A stretch of 64,000 nt of DNA, from contig NW_026867487.1 of the NCBI RefSeq assembly GCF_020745735.1, forward strand, positions 2,232,001-2,296,000. The letters are read 5' to 3'. Within the stretch, counting starts at the first letter, position 1. Each line of letters starts with the position of its first letter. Positions 60,501 through 64,000 of this stretch are shown here, piece by piece. The translations under genes and the position numbers were made by a program. The notes beneath the pieces are model-generated. The model worked only from the letters and a program-made list of their open reading frames with translations, had not been told where the DNA came from and did no database searches. The DNA comes from Hemiscyllium ocellatum (Eukaryota).

Positions 60501-61653
60501 AGCACGCCGTGACCTCCGCTCCTGGATGTAGCTGTGTTGTGATGTTCCTCCGAAACTGTGTCCGATCCTCACCACCGTGTCATTCTCCCTCCTTTGGCAG
60601 ACACAAGGTGCGGCACTCTGTCGCTCAGCTGGCAGCCATTATCGTCAAGCATGAAAGCCCCGAGAAGTGGCCGCAGTTGCTGCAGTTTATCACTCAGTGG
60701 ACAAAGAGCAGTGTTCCGGAAGAGCGACAGGTAGGCCGAGACTGAGCGATCAGTCTGATTCCCCCTGCCCGGCGACGTGGCGCCGTTTTCACCCTGGCCA
60801 CTTGCAGGGCGCTTGGGTCGGTGTCGGAAACAGCAGTGGTCTCCGAGAGAGGTGGTGCTTTTCCGACTCAGCTCCAGAACTTGGGAAAGCGAGTGGCGAG
60901 GACAGCGCGTGAGGGATATAATAGATGGGGCTAAACTGGGGGGAAATGGGAGGTGCTGCAGGAAGAATACTGGAGCTGAATAGTATTTAAATGGGGAAAG
61001 ACTGCGGAAAGCTGCAGGACAGGGATCCCAAAGAGCTAGCCTGCTGGGAAGACACGGTGAGTGGGGTGAAGTATCAAAGTCGAGAGGCTTTTAGCTAAAA
61101 CTGTACAAGGCACTGGTCAGACTACAACTTAGAACAGTGCAAACAGCTTCAGGGCCCCTTCCCTAAGGGAGGGAGAGGGCAAGGCCGTCGGGGCCCGGAC
61201 TCTAGAATGACAGACTGGATTGAAACGGGGGGGGGGTGGAGAGGAGATGGGGAGAGGTATTCAAGGCTGGGGTAGAGTGGGAGAGGTTTTTAATCAGGAA
61301 TCGAGGGGAAAAGGCAGCGAATTGATCCTCTCCTGACCTGACACGTCCTTGTATTTGTTCCGAAGCGGACGGTAGTAGCCGGCCCGCCCCTGAATTAAGG
61401 GACGGCGATGGCCGAGTCTGGAGCCCACAGGGCAGCAGTAACCGACCCGTTCTGTCTTTGTTCGGGGCTCCAGGTCGGGATGCTGCTGCTGAGCACCGTC
61501 GTGGACATCAGCACCGAGTCCTTCAAGCGACATTTCCGGGAGCTGATGCGTCTCTTCCACCAGACGCTGGAGGACCACGACAACCCGTTGGTGGTCTTCT
61601 ACACCATTCAGACGCTCACCGCTGTGGTCTCCTACATGGGGACAGATGAAGTG
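47584..61653 (+). CDS. IPO4: Importin-4, first six coding exons; gene continues beyond the window
   Basis: Exons 47584-47649, 56482-56568, 58132-58211, 59033-59074, 60601-60730 and 61474-61653 are GT-AG and in phase. Product: MAEILEKILNNLLEPDTALIQQ/ATAQLKEAFKDP...NPQ/IRQFAAVLVRRRVAKHW.../LKPVVLQSLQQEHE/HKVRHSVAQLAAII...WPQLLQFI.../VGMLLLS... Confidence 0.93.
47990..55470. repeat. 7.5-kb G-rich minisatellite in IPO4 intron 1 with an internal inversion at 51478-52410
   Basis: (GGGGAGGGGCTGTAAC[AC]GTGTGTGT)n; the strand flips at CTGTAAC|GTTACAG and at CACAC|GTGTG. Confidence 0.95.
56190..56470 (+). mobile_element. Rex1/Babar-like LINE 3' end abutting the IPO4 exon 2 acceptor
   Basis: Homologous to 39565-39830. 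Confidence 0.75.
56482..56568 (+). CDS. IPO4: IPO4 exon 2
   Basis: cag|ATAQLKEAFKDPSVVPALCNILANSPNPQ|gtaaac. Confidence 0.92.
56915..57385 (+). mobile_element. Decayed CR1 3' end
   Basis: RKGFTRMLPGIEG remnant and a GGGCCGAAGGGTCTGTTTC tail. Confidence 0.75.
58132..58211 (+). CDS. IPO4: IPO4 exon 3
   Basis: tag|IRQFAAVLVRRRVAKHWKKLSVDLKE|gtatgg. Confidence 0.92.
58590..58960. repeat. Tandem repeat of about 62-70 bp in an IPO4 intron
   Basis: About 5 copies of GACAGTGTAGAGGGAGCTTTACTCTGTATCTAACATTGTGCTGTCCCTGTCCCTG... Confidence 0.85.
59033..59074 (+). CDS. IPO4: IPO4 exon 4
   Basis: cag|LKPVVLQSLQQEH|gtaagt. Confidence 0.88.
   Translation, partial: FEACGSPVSAAGT
60030..60293 (-). mobile_element. 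tRNA-derived SINE, about two-unit form
   Basis: Head ends at 60293; two diverged GGCTAACCCACC units at about 60059 and 60111. Confidence 0.85.
60601..60730 (+). CDS. IPO4: IPO4 exon 5
   Basis: cag|HKVRHSVAQLAAIIVKHESPEKWPQLLQFITQWTKSSVPEERQ|gtaggc. Confidence 0.92.
61474..61653 (+). CDS. IPO4: IPO4 exon 6
   Basis: cag|VGMLLLSTVVDIS...VSYMGTDEV|gtaagt. Confidence 0.92.
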
Positions 61654-62204
61654 GTAAGTCTCGTCCAGCTGGGAGGCAAAGTTGTGAGCCTTTTGTTCAC
61701 TCGCGGCATCACGTTTGCCCATCACGTGAGCAAGGTATTCATCTCTTCAGGCTTTTAGGTGTGGGCAACCCGAGAGTCAGCCTTTGGATCTCTGCTGCCA
61801 AGTGAGATTTATCCTCTGGCCTCCGATCAAAACGCAGGCAGGCGTTCACAGCCCAACAAGCAGGCAGCAACAAACCGCGGTTAGGTTTTAGGACTCGAGT
61901 TGCAGGACGGGGATAAGGCCATTTTTGTCGTTTAATTGTCCAAATAAGTTGGCTCCTGTGCGTTGCAGGCCCAGCAGCAGTTCTGTGCTTTAAATTGGCG
62001 TCAGCTTTTTAACTGCTCGCTTTAAGGAGCGGCAGTCACCTTCTCTTAAAGTGTGGAACCGACTTGAAAATGATGTTCGCTGGTTAGTTTTCGTTCGTAA
62101 TTCTTGTGACTCGCAACTGAGGTGCCTTTGTTGCAGTGGGTAGCTTAAATTACCTTTTTTTAAACTATTTGTTTTCAGTGAACCATAGAATAAACTTTAA
62201 AGTC

Positions 62205-64000
62205 TGGTTGAAGATTTGTAGCTCGGGTGTCCGTTGTTGTGGTTCTGCTCTCCGATCTGGAAGTTTTTGCTGCAAACGTTTCGTTCCCTGGCTAGGGAAC
62301 ATCATCAGTGCTATTGGAGCCTCCTGTGAAGCGCTGCTTTGATGTTTCTTCCGGTATTTATATTGGTTTGTTCTTGCCGCTTCCGGATGTCAGTTTCAGC
62401 TGTAGTTGTATGTGGGGTCCAGGTCGATGTGTCTGTTGATGGATGTCCTTGCCGCTTCTGGGTGTCAGTTTCAGCTGTAGTGGTTTGTATATGGGGTCCA
62501 GGTCGATGTGTCTGTTAATAGAGTTTGTGGATGAATGCCATGCCTCTAGGAATTCTCTGGCTGTTCTCTGTCTGGCTTGTCCTATGATGGTAGTGTTTTC
62601 CCAGTCAAATTCATGTTGCTGGTTGTCTGAGTGTATGGCTACTAGGGATAGCTGGTCGTGTCGTTTTGTGGCTAGCTGATGTTCATGGATGCGGATTGTT
62701 AGCTGTCTTCCTGTTTGTCCTATATAGTGTTTTGTGCAGTCCTTGCATGGTATTTTGTAAACTACGTTAGTTTGGCTCGTGCTGGCTATTGGATCCTTTG
62801 TTCTAGTGAGTTGTTGTCTGAGTGTGGAAGTTGGCTTGTGTGCTGTTATGAGTCCTAAGGGTCGCAGTAGTCTGGCTGTCAGTTCTGAGACACTCCTGAC
62901 GTATGGTAGTGTGGCTAGTCCTTTTGGTTGTGGCATGTCCTCGTTCCATGGTCTATCTCTTAGGCATCTGGTGATAAAGTTGCGTGGGTATCCGTTTTTG
63001 GCGAATACCTTGTATACGGTCGTACCTATGATGATAAGAAAACGACATACACATAACCTCAACACCAAGGAGAGGGAAGCACTGAAAGCACTGAAAAATG
63101 ACAAGAACATAATCATACTACCGGCAGATAAAGGCAGAATGACGGTCATCTTAGATAAATCAGACTACATCAATAAAGCACAACAACTACTCGCAGACAC
63201 CAACACCTACCAAATGAAGGATTCCGACCCCACACCACAACTCACCAATAGAATAATCAACACACTAAGGAATCTACAAAAAAACGGACAGATAACCAAA
63301 GCGGACCAGCAAAGAATGAAACCTGAAAGCAACAACACCCCCAGATTCTACGGACTACCCAAAGTACACAAACCAGACATCCCACTCAGACCCATAGTAT
63401 CACTACCAGGGACACCAGCATACAAACTGGCCAAAGAACTACAACAAAAACTGAAACACCTAGTCAGCGGATCCAAACACTCCATACAATCAACACAGGA
63501 ATTCTTGGACATCATCAGGAATACACACATAGACAAAGAAGAAACCATGGTATCATTCGACGTGACGGCACTGTTCACATCAATTGACAAAACCCTAGCC
63601 AGAGAAACAATAGCCAACCTACTGGACATACAGAACAGAACACAGGAGGCCGAACCTATCAACAAGGTCGGCATACTTAAACTACTAGACCTGTGCCTCA
63701 CCACACACTTTACATTCAACAATCTGATATACGAACAAATCAACGGAACACCCATGGGATCACCAATCTCGGGACTCATAGCAGAGGCAGTTATGCAAAG
63801 GTTAGAACAAACAGCCCTACCACAAATCCAACCCAAACTCTGGATCAGATATGTCGATGACACCTTTGTAATCATCAAAAACACAGAAATAGAAAAAACA
63901 CACCGAATCATCAACGCCACACTCACAGGAATACGATTCACGAGAGAAGAGGAAAAGGATAGCCAACTCCCATTTCTAGACGTGTTAGTAGAGAGAACAC
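62205..64000. mobile_element. Penelope-like element: inverted GIY-YIG/pLTR segment (minus, 62205-63017) joined to RT (plus, 63016 to window end)
   Basis: Minus strand: NVVYKIPCKDCTKHYIGQTGRQLTIRIHEH...AREFLEAWHS. Plus strand, open from ATG 63028: ADKG, FYGLPKVHK, PLRPIVS, SFDVTALFTSI, GTPMGSPIS, RYVDD, LPFLDV. Confidence 0.93.
62272..62311 (-). ncRNA. Minimal type I hammerhead ribozyme in the Penelope pLTR
   Basis: GCA CUGAUGA U GUUCCCU-AGCC-AGGGAAC GAAAC GUU UGC: intact core boxes, 7-bp stem II, short palindromic stem III. Confidence 0.75.

Noticed and set aside
63348-63941. 197-aa minus-strand ORF
   Set aside because: It is the antisense shadow of the Penelope RT frame.

Overview
This is eukaryotic genomic DNA, most likely from a cartilaginous fish, judged from the HE1/V-type SINEs, CR1 LINEs and Penelope elements. 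It is GC-rich and packed with minisatellites. Four spliced genes can be reconstructed by hand with GT-AG junctions in consistent phase. SDR39U1 (minus strand, exons 2-6) and TTC5 (plus strand, exons 3-10) are head-to-head, with their 5' ends hidden in a 100-N gap. CCNB1IP1/HEI10 (minus strand) has a complete 3-exon CDS of 289 aa. IPO4 (plus strand, exons 1-6) runs off the window. The human orthologues, from memory, all lie at 14q11.2-q12. Notable non-genic structures are: a SINE subfamily carrying an internally expanding 52-bp CCAAT/TTAGGG unit at four loci; a 7.5-kb E-box/G-rich minisatellite in IPO4 intron 1 with a spacerless internal inversion; a tandem CTCF-motif array; a minisatellite that multiplies the HEI10 splice donor; a CR1 with twin-priming geometry; a candidate solo LTR; and a young Penelope element plus several hammerhead ribozyme motifs. 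Most long ORFs in the supplied track are repeat or gap artefacts. Gene identities rest on recalled protein sequences, not on database searches. I found no evidence for a wholly new protein-coding system.
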